The notes beneath the pieces were generated by a model that had not been told where the DNA came from, searched no databases, and worked only from the letters and a program-made list of their open reading frames with translations. Shown here in pieces: positions 1 to 13,700 of a stretch of DNA of 64,000 nt. The stretch's first letter is position 1. Each line of letters opens with the position of its first letter. Made by a program: the position numbers and the translations under genes. The DNA is taken from assembly GCA_013239625.1 (NCBI GenBank), contig MU054323.1, positions 14,636,029-14,700,028 of the forward strand. The letters are read 5' to 3'. The DNA comes from Lama guanicoe. Taxonomy: Eukaryota.

Positions 1-1029
1 GCAATTTTGTATGAACATGGTTGACAGGTATAATGATCATAGGAAATGCAGATAATGGGATGGAAAAAATGAGTTTCACTGTACAATATACTCTACCCCC
101 AGTTTCACTGTTGATGGGTTAGATATATATTGTGTCAATTTTTAAAGTCATTTTGCCATCCTGGGATATTACAGAAGTACTCATAAAATCCCTCAGTGAC
201 TATGACTTTTTACATTTATTATTTTCTTTTAAAAGGAGGTTAACAGTAGAGAGCTCAGGAAAAAAAATTCAAATAACCAATACATCATACATACAAAGAT
301 CCTTTTACTTCTCAGAAGAAACTACTCTTCAAGTACACAATGGTGAAACTTCTGCAAAATCATTGGCATTGTTATAGACATATTCAACCAGATTTTGCAC
401 TGATTTACAATTTACAAGTATTAGTCACTGAGTAGTGAAGAAATAGTTATCATCATTACATCATCTTAGAGTCCTCACTCTACTTTAGACAACTGGATTA
501 TTTCTCTATTTTAGTGATTTGTATCACTGCTGTGCTAATGACAGTACTACTGTATGTAGTATAGTATGTTTACCCTTTGGTATTTCAACTTCAAGGCTAA
601 GAAATCTAGTAAATTAAGTAGGCTGATCTAAGCACTTTGAGAAATTCAGATTTGGTTTTCAGAGTTTTGAAGAATGTGAGTTCTCTTCAGTCACAATTAA
701 TCATTCACAAATATGTGAAGTCACAACTATCTCTAAAGATGCAGAGTATGTTTTTATCTGGGTCCTTTTAGCCTTTCAAGTCACTCTCCTTTCAGAGGTT
801 TCTGTATTTAAACTTTCTGTTCCTTATACACTGGAATGCTGAGTATTTTGTCTGTTACAATTCCAAAGAGTAGAATGGCATAGTTTGGAAAATTCTCTAG
901 ATTTCAATTCCAATTTCCAATGAATACCTGGATTTTCATTCTATAAGTTACTGAGTCTTGTTAAATCTCCCTTTCATTACAAATGCAGATAGTAACCTTT
1001 GAATAATTATTTTAAATGTTTAAATCATT

Positions 1030-1262
1030 AGGTCCTGGATTCAGACAGATTTGTGTTTGAGCATATACTCAACCATTTCTTGGCAGCATGACAATGGGTA
1101 AACTAATTGAACTCTACAACCATCAATTTCCTCCCGCTGTAAATTAGGATGGTAAATGTAAGTACTTCATTACTTCACAAGGGTTTTTGATGATTACATA
1201 AAATAACACCCAAAACAATTTAGAAAATGGTCTCACAGAGATGTGTTCAATAAACATATATT
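1030..1262 (+). mobile_element. MIR SINE, diverged
   Basis: Resembles the MIR core (catgacaatgggtaaactaattgaactct...caatttcctcccgctgtaaattaggat) and the L2-derived tail (gttcaataaac). Confidence 0.6.
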
Positions 1263-2544
1263 ATAAATAAATAGTAGAAAACTTAGCTGGAAGTACTAAT
1301 TGATTTTCTTCCTTTCTTTTCCCATTTTAGGAAAAAAGCATATTCTTTGAGAAACTAAAATCTAGATTAATGAAATCAGATCCTCCAATAGTCAAGATAT
1401 TTCTAGGAGACCCCTCTAGGGGACCATTAATAATTCTACTTGTACGTGAAGACAACCCTGATTAGACACACTGAGCAATATACATATTAGAATTCACTTT
1501 CCCTGTATTTTGCACCTTTTCCCTATAAAAAGATTCTTTCTATAACTATATGTGTCATTTCTGCCAAATGAAATCCTAAAGTTATTACCAACAGAGTCGC
1601 GTCTCATTTTAAATCATTATACACATATTTCTGATAAATGGTGTTTTTTTCCCTTTTTTTTTTTTTTGGAAGGGAGTGTTAGTGAGGCATTTTGCATGCT
1701 GTAGGGTTGATTTTCTATCACTGGTGTTAGAAGGTAAACTTTAAAGAAAAAACAAACAGGTTTAACTTAAATGGAATTTTCTCTTTTTGTATATATGGTC
1801 AAAGGAGTATTTTAATTGCACAAGTAAAATGTAACGTAAACTTGTAAGTTAAAGGGGTGAAGGCTGTATTCAAGCTAATTTAAGACTTAAAAAGCAGTCT
1901 CAGTGTCACTCAGCATGTCGGAGTTACTCATCACAGGAGTCACTGGCCTCCCTCTGTGACAAGGATCTCCAGGTTCCATGCTGTTGATACTGGCTCAGGA
2001 GAAGTAGACCTGTCTTTGCCACCTGCCCCTGTGGCATCTCTAAAACTGTAAGTAAGGCTTCTGGGAGATCAACTAAGGCTTCTGGGGAGATCATAACAGG
2101 ATGCAATCCTGACTTCTCAAAACAATTTCAACTGAGTTTTAAATTACTCAAATTATATATTCATTTTTTGGGGGGTAGGAAATCAAACTTACAATGCCAA
2201 ATAATTTATCACATAATTTCAAGTGCCTAATTTCAAATTGATGTCGCTTGACAATTCTCACTATTGAGAGAAGGAACAAATTGTACAAGTACTTTAGACA
2301 ATTCTATTATTACATTAAATAAAATGAATGCACAATTAGTGGTTTAGCATCATAAATTCATATAATTAAAGGTATGATACAGTTTTCTGGAATCTCAAAA
2401 AAGGTAATACTTAATTTGAAATAAAAACTAGAACTATGCACTGACAGATAAATTTTTATACCTTTTTGATTCTGACACATTTATTCTTCAGTCAGCGTTT
2501 CTAAGTTTTCCCTGTCAAACAAGGCACAGTATAATTTATCCACG

Positions 2545-2919
2545 GGGTTCTGATAGTCTTCCTGTTTTCTTTCAGATGCATTCCCAGCCCCTTCCTGTCT
2601 TGCACTGTATTGTAGAAAAATATACTTCCCATAATCCCTTGCCTACTGCCTTTTAGGAAGTTTCAGCCAATCAGAGTCTCAGGACAGCTGAATCTCCACT
2701 AAACAGTTTTATCCTCTGTGACCTCAGCTCCAACCAGGAGGGGCTAATACATTTCCAGTTTCCACCTGTTGACACCAGCTCCTGGGATCTAGTTACATAA
2801 TTTCCTCTTTCTCTCTCTAGCCGCAGAGATGGAGATTTCTTACCATTGCTAATCTTTTGGTGGTCTCTTTGTCCTTAAAGCTAGTCTATGTATTTTCTGA
2901 CTGAATCCTAACTAAAACA
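2545..2919 (+). mobile_element. Ancient ERVL LTR (LTR33/LTR16-like), diverged
   Basis: Contains cttcccataatcccttgcctactgcc...ttcagccaatcagag and ends ttttctgactgaatcctaactaaaaca, resembling the LTR33-type 3' terminus as recalled. Confidence 0.45.
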
Positions 2920-3864
2920 CTAAAGTTAAAGGAGAATATATCTAGTTCCCACTCACTAGAACTAGATTCCTTCTTTCTGAAATCTTCTGGAATGTAAGCC
3001 TACTAGATCAATTCCATTATGGAGCTTGTCAGAACATTTTCCAGAAGGGCCTAGAAGCATATGTTATTGGTTATTTCATCTGGACCTAAGTAATATGCAA
3101 ATTATAGGTAAGAAAGAGGGCAGGCTACCAAAGTAGACCATATATGGGTCTAAATGTCACCTCTTCAGAGGCACTGCTCCTGTTTCATCTATAATCTAAA
3201 CTTAATCCACTCTCTATTCATTAACAGAAAACCGTTTTTCTCTTATAGCACTTTTCATATTTTGTGGTTGTGATTTTAATTTAAAATCAGATTCATCTAC
3301 TAAGGTTTTAATATCTCTAAGTCTATGTTTGCAAACCAAAGGCAAATTCAATTCCAAGAGAGTATTAGTGAATTGTATAAAGCTGAATTATATTATTTAA
3401 TTATATTAAGATATGTATTAAGACAATAATGCATATCAATGTGTTGATATACAAAGGAGAAAAAAATCATTACCATAATTTCAAACAAAGAGCATTTTAA
3501 AAATTCAAATTCAATACCCATTTGTAATTGAAAACACACACTCTAACAAAACATATGCAAGACATGTATGTGTCATTAAATGAGAATACAATATATTCTG
3601 AGTGTATAATTTAATATTGTATGTTCATTATTCCTATATGTGCCCTAGTATTATTAATCTATATTTTAGAGACATAGTAAGTAAAATAATATAATAATCA
3701 GATAACATACAGACTGAATACAGTCTCAATTAAAAGACCTTAGATTATATGATTTTAATATCAGTTAAACAGATCTTCCAGAAAAACTTGAAGGACTAAA
3801 GTATTTAACAATTAGTGCCATTGTATTACTTAAAATATAAAAGATATCTTAAGTTTCTGCCTTC

Positions 3865-4130
3865 AGATTTTTCTCTTTATGTGCTCCAGTTCCTCTTGGG
3901 TGATCTCCTTAGATTTAAAAGTTTAATCTATCACCTCTATGAATAAGGCCAGCAAATCTATCTCTTTATTCCTGCTTTCTCTCTCCTGATAATGAGATAC
4001 ATATTTCCAAATGTCCCAACTGATCTAAAACACAGCAAGTCCCAAACTATGCTCAGCCTTTTACCCACTTCTTCAAATTGTGGCTCCACTGGAGGCCAAA
4101 TACCTGTTACATTCCTGTCTGCTCTACAGT
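3865..4130 (+). mobile_element. L2 LINE fragment
   Basis: ctcttgggtgatctc...tcacctctatg...caaatcta...catatttccaaatg...caagtcccaaact matches the L2 ORF2 3' region pattern. Confidence 0.55.
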
Positions 4131-4807
4131 ATTGAACACAATTGAGAAATCTTAGATGATCAGTTAACACTGAAATGGTGTGATGTGAAGTAAATATGAA
4201 GACTTCACTCTTTCTACATGATTCCACCGTCTCCCACTTCCAGTGCTTAAATGATAAAAAGATAAGAAGCTTTTTCTGCTCTGTTAAGAGGGACAGACCT
4301 TTCAGTTGTGACCCTGTAACCATGGATACTAACCACCTCTTAGTATTCAGGTGCTAATTATGTGCAATACTAGTCTTTCTGAAACATTAGTTAATTTATG
4401 CATTCTTCAAACTAACTTATCTAAAGAGGTTTTTAAAAATGTAAATCTAAAAAAAGACAAATCATATATTCTTCCCAAAGCCAGTGTGCAAGTATAAATG
4501 GTCATATTCAAGTAATGATAAATTTTCTTTATAATGAAACAGTTATTTAAGTAATCATTTATATATCATTAACACATTGAATACTACATCAACACAACTT
4601 TTTCTATGTAAAATTAATTTCTACAGAAGTATGGCTTGTTATCAGTGTTTACAAAATTAGATAATGTGATTTCTTGTTAAGTTTTAGAATGTATACTTTA
4701 TTTAAAACTACATTCTATAGAGATTTATATTATTTTTAGAATTCTTACAAACTACAAACTTTTAAATTTTGAAGAATGTTGCCTCATTTACTAATCAAGC
4801 AAATTAG

Positions 4808-5370
4808 GACTTCTACTTCAATGAGGTTACAAGCAGAAGACTGAAACATGACAAGAACATTAATGAGTACAGTTGTAAGGAAGTCAGATTAGTTGTCTCA
4901 GGGGCAAAATATTCAGCAGAGCCTTTGTTGGAGACAAAGAGCTTTAAGCATATGGTTGCTCTGACACTCAAGGGCAGGTAAACCTTACTTTGGAATTTCA
5001 CTGGGTCAGAGAGTGAAAACTTAAGCATACAATCTTGGAAAAACAGAAGTGGAGCTTTCAGAAGCATGGGGAATAAAGAAGAGATGTCTAAACTTGCCAG
5101 AGGAAGAGACCACAAAGAACATATCAAGATTTCAGCTGAAAACGCTGGAAGGTGACTGGTAACCTAGAGGTAGACTAAGCCTCACCACGGCTGAAAATCA
5201 GTGTCAGTAGATCACATCCCTAATTAAATGACGGTGATCAGTCATCACTGAATCAGCTTAGTAGTGGAAGAACTGGCAAACCCGCTTTTTTGAAAAGATA
5301 ACACCAACTTGAGTACACTAAATAATACAGGTAATAAAAAATTATTAGCTTGGAAGGAGATGGTAGCAAC
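4808..5370 (+). mobile_element. Probable ancient L1M 5'-region fragment
   Basis: Starts ggacttctacttc, a typical old L1M 5' end, and is purine-rich, ending in aaaaattattag. Family not resolved. Confidence 0.35.
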
Positions 5371-5777
5371 CTGACATTTCCTCTTTATCTTTCCTGGGGA
5401 CATCTTGGGCAAAAACTGAGAGATGCAGACATGCTAACAACAGACCTCTTGGCTATTTACTAGCAAGAGAATTCTTACATGTGGAATACTATTGTTAGAA
5501 AGTACTTGGTCTGTGTCAGTTCTTTATTGTAAATAACACTGGAATTTGTGTATGTATGTTTAGGCTCCTTTCAAAAATGTCAAGTAAGCTATGTAATTAA
5601 AAAATATAAAGATATTTTATAAATTAAGTGGCTTACTCTATTTAAGCAATATGCCATATGCATTGCTCACATCCATCTTTAGCTTTCTGGTTAAATCTAG
5701 AGCAAAATGAATCCTTTAGCAGGAAAAGAAGGACATTTTTCCTGTTCTACTTCATCCCAGGGATATCTGGTATATAT

Positions 5778-5780
<3 letters not shown>

Positions 5781-5816
<36 letters not shown>
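5781..5816. repeat. (CA)18 microsatellite
   Basis: Directly visible. Confidence 0.97.
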
Positions 5817-5818
<2 letters not shown>

Positions 5819-7114
5819 AACATGCATATATGTGCATTTATTTTGACAATTCCTTTCTCTTTTCATTATCACATAAGTTCCATGAATATATTTTTTCTTC
5901 CTCTTTTGTTCTCTTCTGTCCTACAGTGTCTAGAATCTTTCCTGGTATACAGCAATCACTCAATGAATATGTATAGAATGGATAAGTAGCTAAGTAAATA
6001 AATAACTGAGTGAATCTGAACTTGAAAATTAAAAATTGAATCTGAAAATTAAGATATCTGTCAAATTTATGATACAACAAAATTATTGCACAGAATAAAC
6101 TTATTAAAGTGTTTCTTATTTAATACTCACACTATATAACTTCCTTGATTACACATGTTATATACACACAAATTTATGGAACATCTGGCTGAAGACATAA
6201 TGGAGTTGGAGGCAAACTTGAGAATGTGGACCAACTGCCATTAGCTCAGGAAAACAAGAATAGGCAAATTCTACAAGCCAGAACGTGTCTATGTGCAAGT
6301 TAGTGAACGAGTCCCAGAGCCATTTCCAGCTATTACTTCTGTCCAAAGGGATCAGTTGTACTCGTTGTCCAAAAGACCTGCTGTTATCATATCACCATAT
6401 TGAAAATTAACCTAAATCTTATGATCAGAAGTTACAGTCCTTCAAAAATCACAGGAATGGAAATTCAAGAAATGTGTCAGATTTTTTTTGTCTAATCATC
6501 TAATTTTACAAGTGCAGAAACCTAAGACCAAGAAAAATGAGAAGATTTGACCATCTTGTAACTATTTTCAGACAAAGAAGTATCCAAAGCCAACTTCTCT
6601 AAATTTAATACAAAGCATTTTATTACGCTATGTTTTCAGTGACACTGTTTTCACAAGTCCATTTAATTTAAAGCAATAATATTTTTGTGATCTTACAGTG
6701 GACTGTAAAATCAATGAGTTATAGTTGTTCCCTACACACATTTCTTGAGCCTTTGAAAGAAAACTACTGCAGATATCAAAATCAATTCCTGAAATCTAAG
6801 ATAGTCTTTTTTTGTTTGTTTTTGCAATTTGGGGAAGTTTTTATAGTTGAGGTTTTCCTGAACCTCTTCAAGGATACAACTTTTTGAAGAAAAGTGTTCC
6901 AACAATTTATTTGATATGTTCTAAACATAGTAGAGACCTGAAGATTTTCTCCACAAATTAAAAAAAATTTTAATGTTGGTTCTTTTAATGTACAAAATAT
7001 ATAAGTAGTGACCATAAAATCTGGAGAATATATGAATATATTTTTGTTTTGTAAATACTATCAATAACATTAAATTTGTACATAGATCTACATTTTGAGA
7101 TGTTACAGCCAACT

Positions 7115-7216
7115 ATTAACTTTCCATCCAATATCAAAAGCCAGCCTCGGAGTGATTCCTGACTCCATTCTTACCCTCACTCCTATAATCAATTTCACGA
7201 TTTTCTCTTTATTTTA

Positions 7217-7250
<34 letters not shown>

Positions 7251-7720
7251 CCTGTCTATTTTTCAATCTCCTCTACCACTGTATTAGTCCAAATTAACAA
7301 AAACCTCTCACCTGAGTAACTATCACAGCCTCAAAATGCAAAATCTGTTTATCATGCTGCTTCTACCGTTTTAGTGGCTTCCTAGTGCTCTCAAAGTCAA
7401 AACCCCAAACTAGACTTAAAACTCGCTTTTCTATTTGACTCTAAATCTTTTTTCGGCTCCATCTCACATAATGTTCTATTCATTTTTCTGCACACTCCCA
7501 GATTTGACATTATTTTAGTTCCCTTACATTTGCTTAATACACTTTGCTTAATACACTTTGTATCTGTGTTAGAATATTCCTCTCCTTTCACCAGTTCACT
7601 TCTAGAAATGATTATACCATAACTTAAGTACTACATCTTTAGATAGGTCTAAACCTCCCTCTTTTAGCAGCCCTCTGAACAAGGGAAATTTATATTTGCA
7701 TTTGCAATATTACTGATTAA
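7115..7720 (+). mobile_element. L2 LINE fragment
   Basis: agcctcggagtgattcctgactcc, tctcctctaccactgtattagtccaa and tttagtggcttcctagtgctctc are L2 3'-region motifs. Confidence 0.55.
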
Positions 7721-7924
7721 TAACTACCTAATTATAAAGTAAGCTACATAAATGCGTGGACCACAACAGTTTTCACTCAATTTTCTGCACATTGTCAAAC
7801 CCATAGCAGTCACACAGAAAACGATTTGTGGAATAAATGAACAGTCTTTGCTCTGGCTGAAATATCTAAGCCTCCAATCATTATGAACAAGCAGTGTCTT
7901 AGACTTAGGCACTGGATAACCCAG

Positions 7925-8357
7925 ATGCTGTGAGAAAGCTGCATAGCAACCAATGCCCCAAATCTCAGTGTCCTGTACAAAAATAGTATTTCATGCTTAT
8001 GGATTTATACATAAACCACAACTTGACTGATCTCAGGTAGAATTACCTGCTGGACTAGGCTAGGCTGCTGGCTTTGAGTAGAGCTTAGTTCTGCTACAAG
8101 TACCATCATTCTAAGGCCATGTAAAGACTTCTCAGCATGTGTTCTTTATCACCAAAGTCAGCAGCTCCAAGAAGTTTGGTGAGATTTTACCACGGTTCCT
8201 AAAGCCTCATGTTGAAGCTATCTGTATCCACATTTCACTGTGGAAAGCAACGAAGTCCAAAATGAGTGAGCAGGAAAGTATAACCTACCCATAGGAAAGC
8301 CATGGTGAAGATGGTGAGAGAAGAAAGAACTGTGGACAAATAATACAGTCTACACCA
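7925..8357 (-). mobile_element. MaLR solo LTR (MLT1H/I-like)
   Basis: gctgcatagcaaccaatgccccaaatctcagtg at one end and gaagaaagaactgtggacaaataatacagtctac at the other resemble old MLT1 LTR ends. Confidence 0.55.
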
Positions 8358-9289
8358 GCTAACAACCCAGAATGACAGCGAGGATTCTTCTGAACTGATA
8401 AAATTTTAGAAAACTGAAATACTAAATCATTAATAAACGATAGTCATCATAGGCTGAAGATACTTTCTGATCAAATATTTACCCAGGGGAGTGCCAGGTG
8501 TAGCCTCAGAATCTGGTTATGATGTTTACATTTATCTGAAATCCTGATTTCTGCTCAGAATACACATTTCATCCCATTTCATTCACTTCGATTCCGTACA
8601 TGTTAGCATTCCTCTCACTCAGATTTATTACAAAGTGTGTTGATACTTTTCTCTTCAGTATGCATCCAGCTATCTTAGATGTATGGATTTGATACAGAAC
8701 GTCATGACAGTGTCCTCTGAGCCAATATTAGCAGATAACTCTCCGTTTCCTGCCAGTTATCCCCAGGCTTCATGATAAATCCATGACAATACTGTCAAGA
8801 AATCAGAAAATACATTTAAATATGCTTTTACCAAAATACTAGTCTATTAATTTGGGAGTTAGAAGAGACACTATTTAAAATATCATAATTCTGCCATGGA
8901 TTTAGATAAAATCCTAGAGAAACTTCCCCTGTCCTTGATGGTAATGAGTTTCCAGTTAACCTTACTACAGAAATTCTACCATCAGTGATAGTCTCAGTAT
9001 TCCTGGAAATCCATGCACAAAACAGTGTCAATTAATAGTTTTTTAAAATAATATGAGTGCCTTAGAGAATGAAGTTTTATTTCTTGTGCACGTTTAATAA
9101 ATTTGCTTCCCTGTGCTACTAAGTTGTACATATTCTAGGTCTCAGCGGGAAATTAAAATTGTTGTTACACAGTATAGTGGTATGGAAATACCAAAACAAC
9201 TACCAAAAAACCCCCTCCTTATTGAAAGGAAGCAAAGTTTACTAGCATACCAGCCACAATGTTTAAATCCAGCTATAACATCCCAACCT

Positions 9290-9890
9290 GCTGGCTGTTC
9301 CAGAGGCTACAGTGCTGGGAGGAGCGTGCACGTAGCCCCACCAGCAAAGCAGTCCCGCAGGGGTATGTGGGGTGAATGCACAGCACTGGTGGCCCAGGAC
9401 CTCCCATCTACTTTCAGAGCCCTCTAGGGGCTGTAGGTGAGGGCCATGGTGGCACGCACAAGGAGGGCCCAGTGAGGTGCCAAGGGAACGTCAAGGTCAG
9501 GTACTACTACACGAAGTTACCCAAGAACCTGAACCTGGAGGAGTAGATTCTGGAGCAGCTCCTTCACCTCTGCCACTGCCAGGAAGAGATCTCAGAGCTG
9601 AAGACTGATGCGGACAAGATCACTGACAGGGTCAAGGAGATCCTGGTTGACTGTTAACAAACCCATCAAGGCCCTCATCACTGGCCCACAGAAGCGGAAC
9701 ACATTCGAGAAGTATTAAGAGTCTTTGACCAAGGTAAACAGTGGCCCCCACAGGACTGCCCCTGCCCACCCTACCCTCCCACTCCACCAGCAATGCGGGG
9801 GGAGGGCTGTGGCCAGGCCTGGTGCCATGAGCAGGACTCCCCACGACCCTGGCCCAGGGGCCTTTTCTCTGCCCACTTAGTTTTTCTTTC
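9290..9890 (+). pseudogene. PPP1R14B: Processed pseudogene of PPP1R14B (PHI-1, protein phosphatase 1 inhibitor subunit 14B)
   Basis: Manual translation from 9388: GGPGPPIYFQSPLGAVGEGHGGTHKEGPVRCQGNVKVRYYYTKLPKNLNLEE*ILEQLLHLCHCQEEISELKTDADKITDRVKEILVDC. This aligns to PPP1R14B GGPGPRVYFQSPPGAAGEGPGGADDEGPVRRQGKVTVKYDRKELRKRLNLEEWILEQLTRLYDCQEEEIPELEIDVDE...RVKELLVDC. It is intronless, has a TGG>TAG nonsense codon at 9544-9546, a 1-nt insertion near 9655, internal deletions, a stop equivalent at 9716-9718, and a GC-rich 3' UTR-like tail (ggccaggcctggtgccatgagcagg). Confidence 0.92.
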
Positions 9891-10399
9891 TTTGAATACA
9901 ACCAGAAACAAAAAGATATACTATCTTCATTCAATTACAAAAAATTAAATTCAGATTGATTTTATGTTTGCACGGATGAAACATAAAAACTTGTCATCCT
10001 TTGGGCTCCATCAGTTTATCGCTGTGTCTCAGTCTCATACATAACTAATCAGGTTTCTCCCTCATGTGACTGTTCTTCAATCATTTGAAAATATTTACTA
10101 GGCCCTTACCAAGATATATTCTATTTTCCATAATAAGTATTTTCACTTATTTCTTCTTTTCTCCCATAATGATAGTGTAAGAACCATCCTCCTCCTCTGT
10201 AATCTTCTATAAATGTTCATCTTGGTGTGCATTAAAAATTTGGTGTTTAAAATGAAATATAGTAATCAAGATGTGGGATGGCCAGGTTGGAGTATGCCTA
10301 GAGCTAACTTTATGCCAAAACAGCCATTAAAATCTCTTCAGCATTACTATTGTTGTTATGCTAAATCTCCTCATATTTTTCCCTCTGAGGTAAAATTTA

Positions 10400-13300
10400 T
10401 ATATACTGAAACGCTCACCGATTAAACCATATAATTCACTGAGTTCTGATAAATGCACGCATCCAGAAACCTCCACCCTGTTCAGGATTGAACATTTCCC
10501 TCACCCCAGAATGATGCCCTCAGTTCCCTTCTAGCAAGTCCCTGCTCCACATAGGGTAAAAAACAGTTCGGATTTCTATTTCCATTTATTAGTCTGTTTT
10601 CTCTCTTCTAAAAATTCATGTAAACCAAAAAAATACAATATGGACTCATTTGTGTCGGGCTTTGTTATTCAACATAATCTCTTTGTGATTAATACACACC
10701 ACTGTGTGTATTCATTTTTGTTTGTTAAATTCTAATTGCCGTAGCAGTGTTCCACGGCTGAAACGCACATGATTTGTTTTTGTTTTTTCATTCACCTGTT
10801 GGTGGATGACTTAGGTTATTTCCATGTTTGGTTTAAGAGTATATCTGCTTTGAACATATCTATACAAGTGGTTTTATTTTTTGGGTGTAACTAAGACAGA
10901 CAGTTAGGAATTGAAAGCCTTTCTCAGAGGTCAATATTTTCTTAGCTAGGGGAAAACTAACTCATTGTAAAGAGTAGTCATAAGGTTTTACGTGCCCACT
11001 AGCAACGTGTACGTGTTTTGCTGCTTCACATTGGTGTCCTCAGGCTTTTTAATCATCCTATTGTGTGTGAATTAGCAACACATTGTGGTTTTAAAGTGTA
11101 CTTTCTGATGATAAATACATTGAGCATCTTTTGTCCACGTTTATAGTATTTTTGGCTTCCTACTACGTGTTTATTATGCCCCTCAACTATTTTAGGTATC
11201 GATCAGTTTGTATTCTGATACGAACTGTGTGAATTGTGTACTTATGTGTTTTGAATATTTTCCCACTCTGTAACTTTTTTACTCATTTTGTCGTTTTTGA
11301 AAGTCAAAATGTTTATATTGTTATGTTTAAAGTTATTGTTCTAAGAAATCTTTCCTTATTGCAAATTCACCAAGATGGTCTATTTTTAGACCTTGTGTGT
11401 TTCTTGCTACCATGTATATACGACTATGATCCACCCATTTTATATGTGAAGGGATACTGATAGTTTCATGTATTTATTTTTTTAACATATGAATATTGAA
11501 TTGTTCCAACACCAATTGTTAAAAAAATCTTCTATCAAATTTCCCTGACTCGTAATTCAAAATCAATTGACAGTCTAAGGATAAGTATATCTCTGAATTT
11601 TTCAATATAGATAGTTAGAACATCTGTATCAATTCTGGGTCTGCCTCCACTAACTTCCTTCTTTTCTTGGTCAGGGGTTTTATTTTCATGCTTCATTAAT
11701 GACTTGTAAATGTTTTACTGTATGCTAAACACTGGGAAAAAACTGTAGAGATCAGAATTCCATTTATCTACTTGTCTTCATTTAAAACAATACCACATTG
11801 CTATAATCATTATAGCTTTATATCTCAAAAAAGTTATAGTTTCTATTCTTTTTACTCATCTCTTCAGTTATTGGTTTTCATCATGTCTTTAGCTTGAAGA
11901 ATTTCTTTTGGAATTTCTTGTACTGGAAATCTGCTGCACATAAATCCTCTAAACAACTGACTGTCTGAAAATGTTTTTACTTTGCCCTCATTTTTGAAGA
12001 ACATTTTTTGCTGTATACAGAATTCTAAGTTGACTGTTTTTTCTTTCAGCACATTAAATCTATCCTTCAATAATATTTGGACTCCACTGTTTCAAATGAG
12101 AAGAGGAATCAGCCATCATTCTTACCTTCTGTTGTCTATGAGGTGTCTTCTCTCTCTCTGTCTCCCTCCCCACTCCCTCTCCCTCTCTTTCTCTCTCTGC
12201 TTTTAATAACTGTTCTTTCTCTTCGGTTTCAGGAGATTAACTATAATGTGCCAAGGTGTGCTCTTCCCTTTCCCCTCTTAGCTATCTCTTTAATTATTTC
12301 TTCTGCCCTATTATTTTTCTCCTCTTTTTGAAAATCCAATTATGAATGTATCAGGGCATTGGACATTTTCCCATAGGCATTGAAAACTTGTTCATTTTTC
12401 ACTTTTTTCTTTTATGGATCAGTTTTCCTTCAGGTTTACTCTTCTTTTGTCATATTGGATTCAGTCTTGTATTAAGCACTCAAGTGAGAGATTCATTTTT
12501 ATGTAGTATTTTTTAACATTTCAATTTTGTTCTATTTTTAAGCTTCTATTCTGCTGAATATTTTCATACATTCATTAATATTTTCCATTTTTATAGTAAA
12601 TCTTTTAATATTTTTATCAGTTACTTTAAAACTCTTCTCTGATAATTAGAACATCTCTATTAATTCTGGGTTTTCTCTACTAACTTTCTTCTTTCTTGAT
12701 CATGGGTCCTGTTTTCATGCTTCATTAAATGTCTTGTAAATTTTTTTATTGTATGCTAGACATTGTCAAAAACTAGAGACTGGAATAATAATATGTATCT
12801 CTTCTAAAAACATGTAAGGCTCTCTGTAAGGCTGCAACTTTGGAGTGCTAAGTCAATCCAATCTCTAGCTGAGATGAGTCTCAGCTTTTTGGCATATTTA
12901 GTTCAGATTCATTTCATTACTAAATTCAAATATTCTGAAGGCAGAATAGTGACATCTGTTTTATTAGATTTTGAGATGTAAAGAACAACGTTCTGAAAAC
13001 TTTTTCTTTTCCAATTAGCAACTCAGCCCTCAACTTTCTAAACTGTGGGGAATTTTTCTCTGTTTTTTAGCTAGATTACCAGTTATCTGTATTTCTGCAA
13101 ATATCTTTCTACTCTCTTGTCCCACCCACTAATTTCTACACCTGTGGAAATTATGTCCTTACCTTGGTTTCAAAAGTTTGTTGCAATTCAGCAAGTAGGT
13201 CCACAGTGTTTCAGAAATATTTTCCGAGCTCTTTTGTCCTGAATCCTACCTTGAAAAGAGCTTTGCTTCCCACCAGGGAAAATTCAATCTTCCTGAGAGC

Positions 13301-13700
13301 ACGCCCTCTCAGCTCTCTCTCACTGCACATCTCGCCCTCACTGTACTGTGTTACGCATGTGAGAAGGCCTGTGAGAGAAACGTGTCAAGTAGAGAAAAAC
13401 TTCTTTCTCTGGTGCTGCTCAGGATTCTAATGCAGCATGCTAGTCAACACACAAATATTACTAATTCGTTAGATGTTTGTCTTCATTTCTATTTTGTGAT
13501 AGATTTTTCTTAACAGCTTTCTGACAAAGATGGACAAAAGCATGGTTTTTTCTCCAAGATAGGGCTTGTCGCTTTCTGTAATTTAGATTTCTTTGTAACC
13601 TCAGCTATCTGACTTTCTGAGTCTCTGATTTTGTAGCTTATCTGGCAAGTTTCTGTGATTCGAGTGATGAAGATGTGGTCTTGTGACTTTATCCTAAGTA
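10400..13700 (-). mobile_element. Ancient L1 (L1MC/ME-type): 3' UTR/ORF2 end joined to ORF1/5' region, internally deleted
   Basis: T-rich plus strand with L1 3' motifs (ttgagcatctttt, gttccaacaccaattgtt). Minus-strand ORF 11864-12070 FNVLKEKTVNLEFCIQQKMFFKNEGKVKTFSD resembles the L1 ORF1p C-terminal region. Confidence 0.8.

Noticed and set aside
9113..9934. 104-aa (+) and 100-aa (-) ORFs over the PPP1R14B pseudogene
   Set aside because: They are off-frame or antisense by-products of GC-rich pseudogene sequence.
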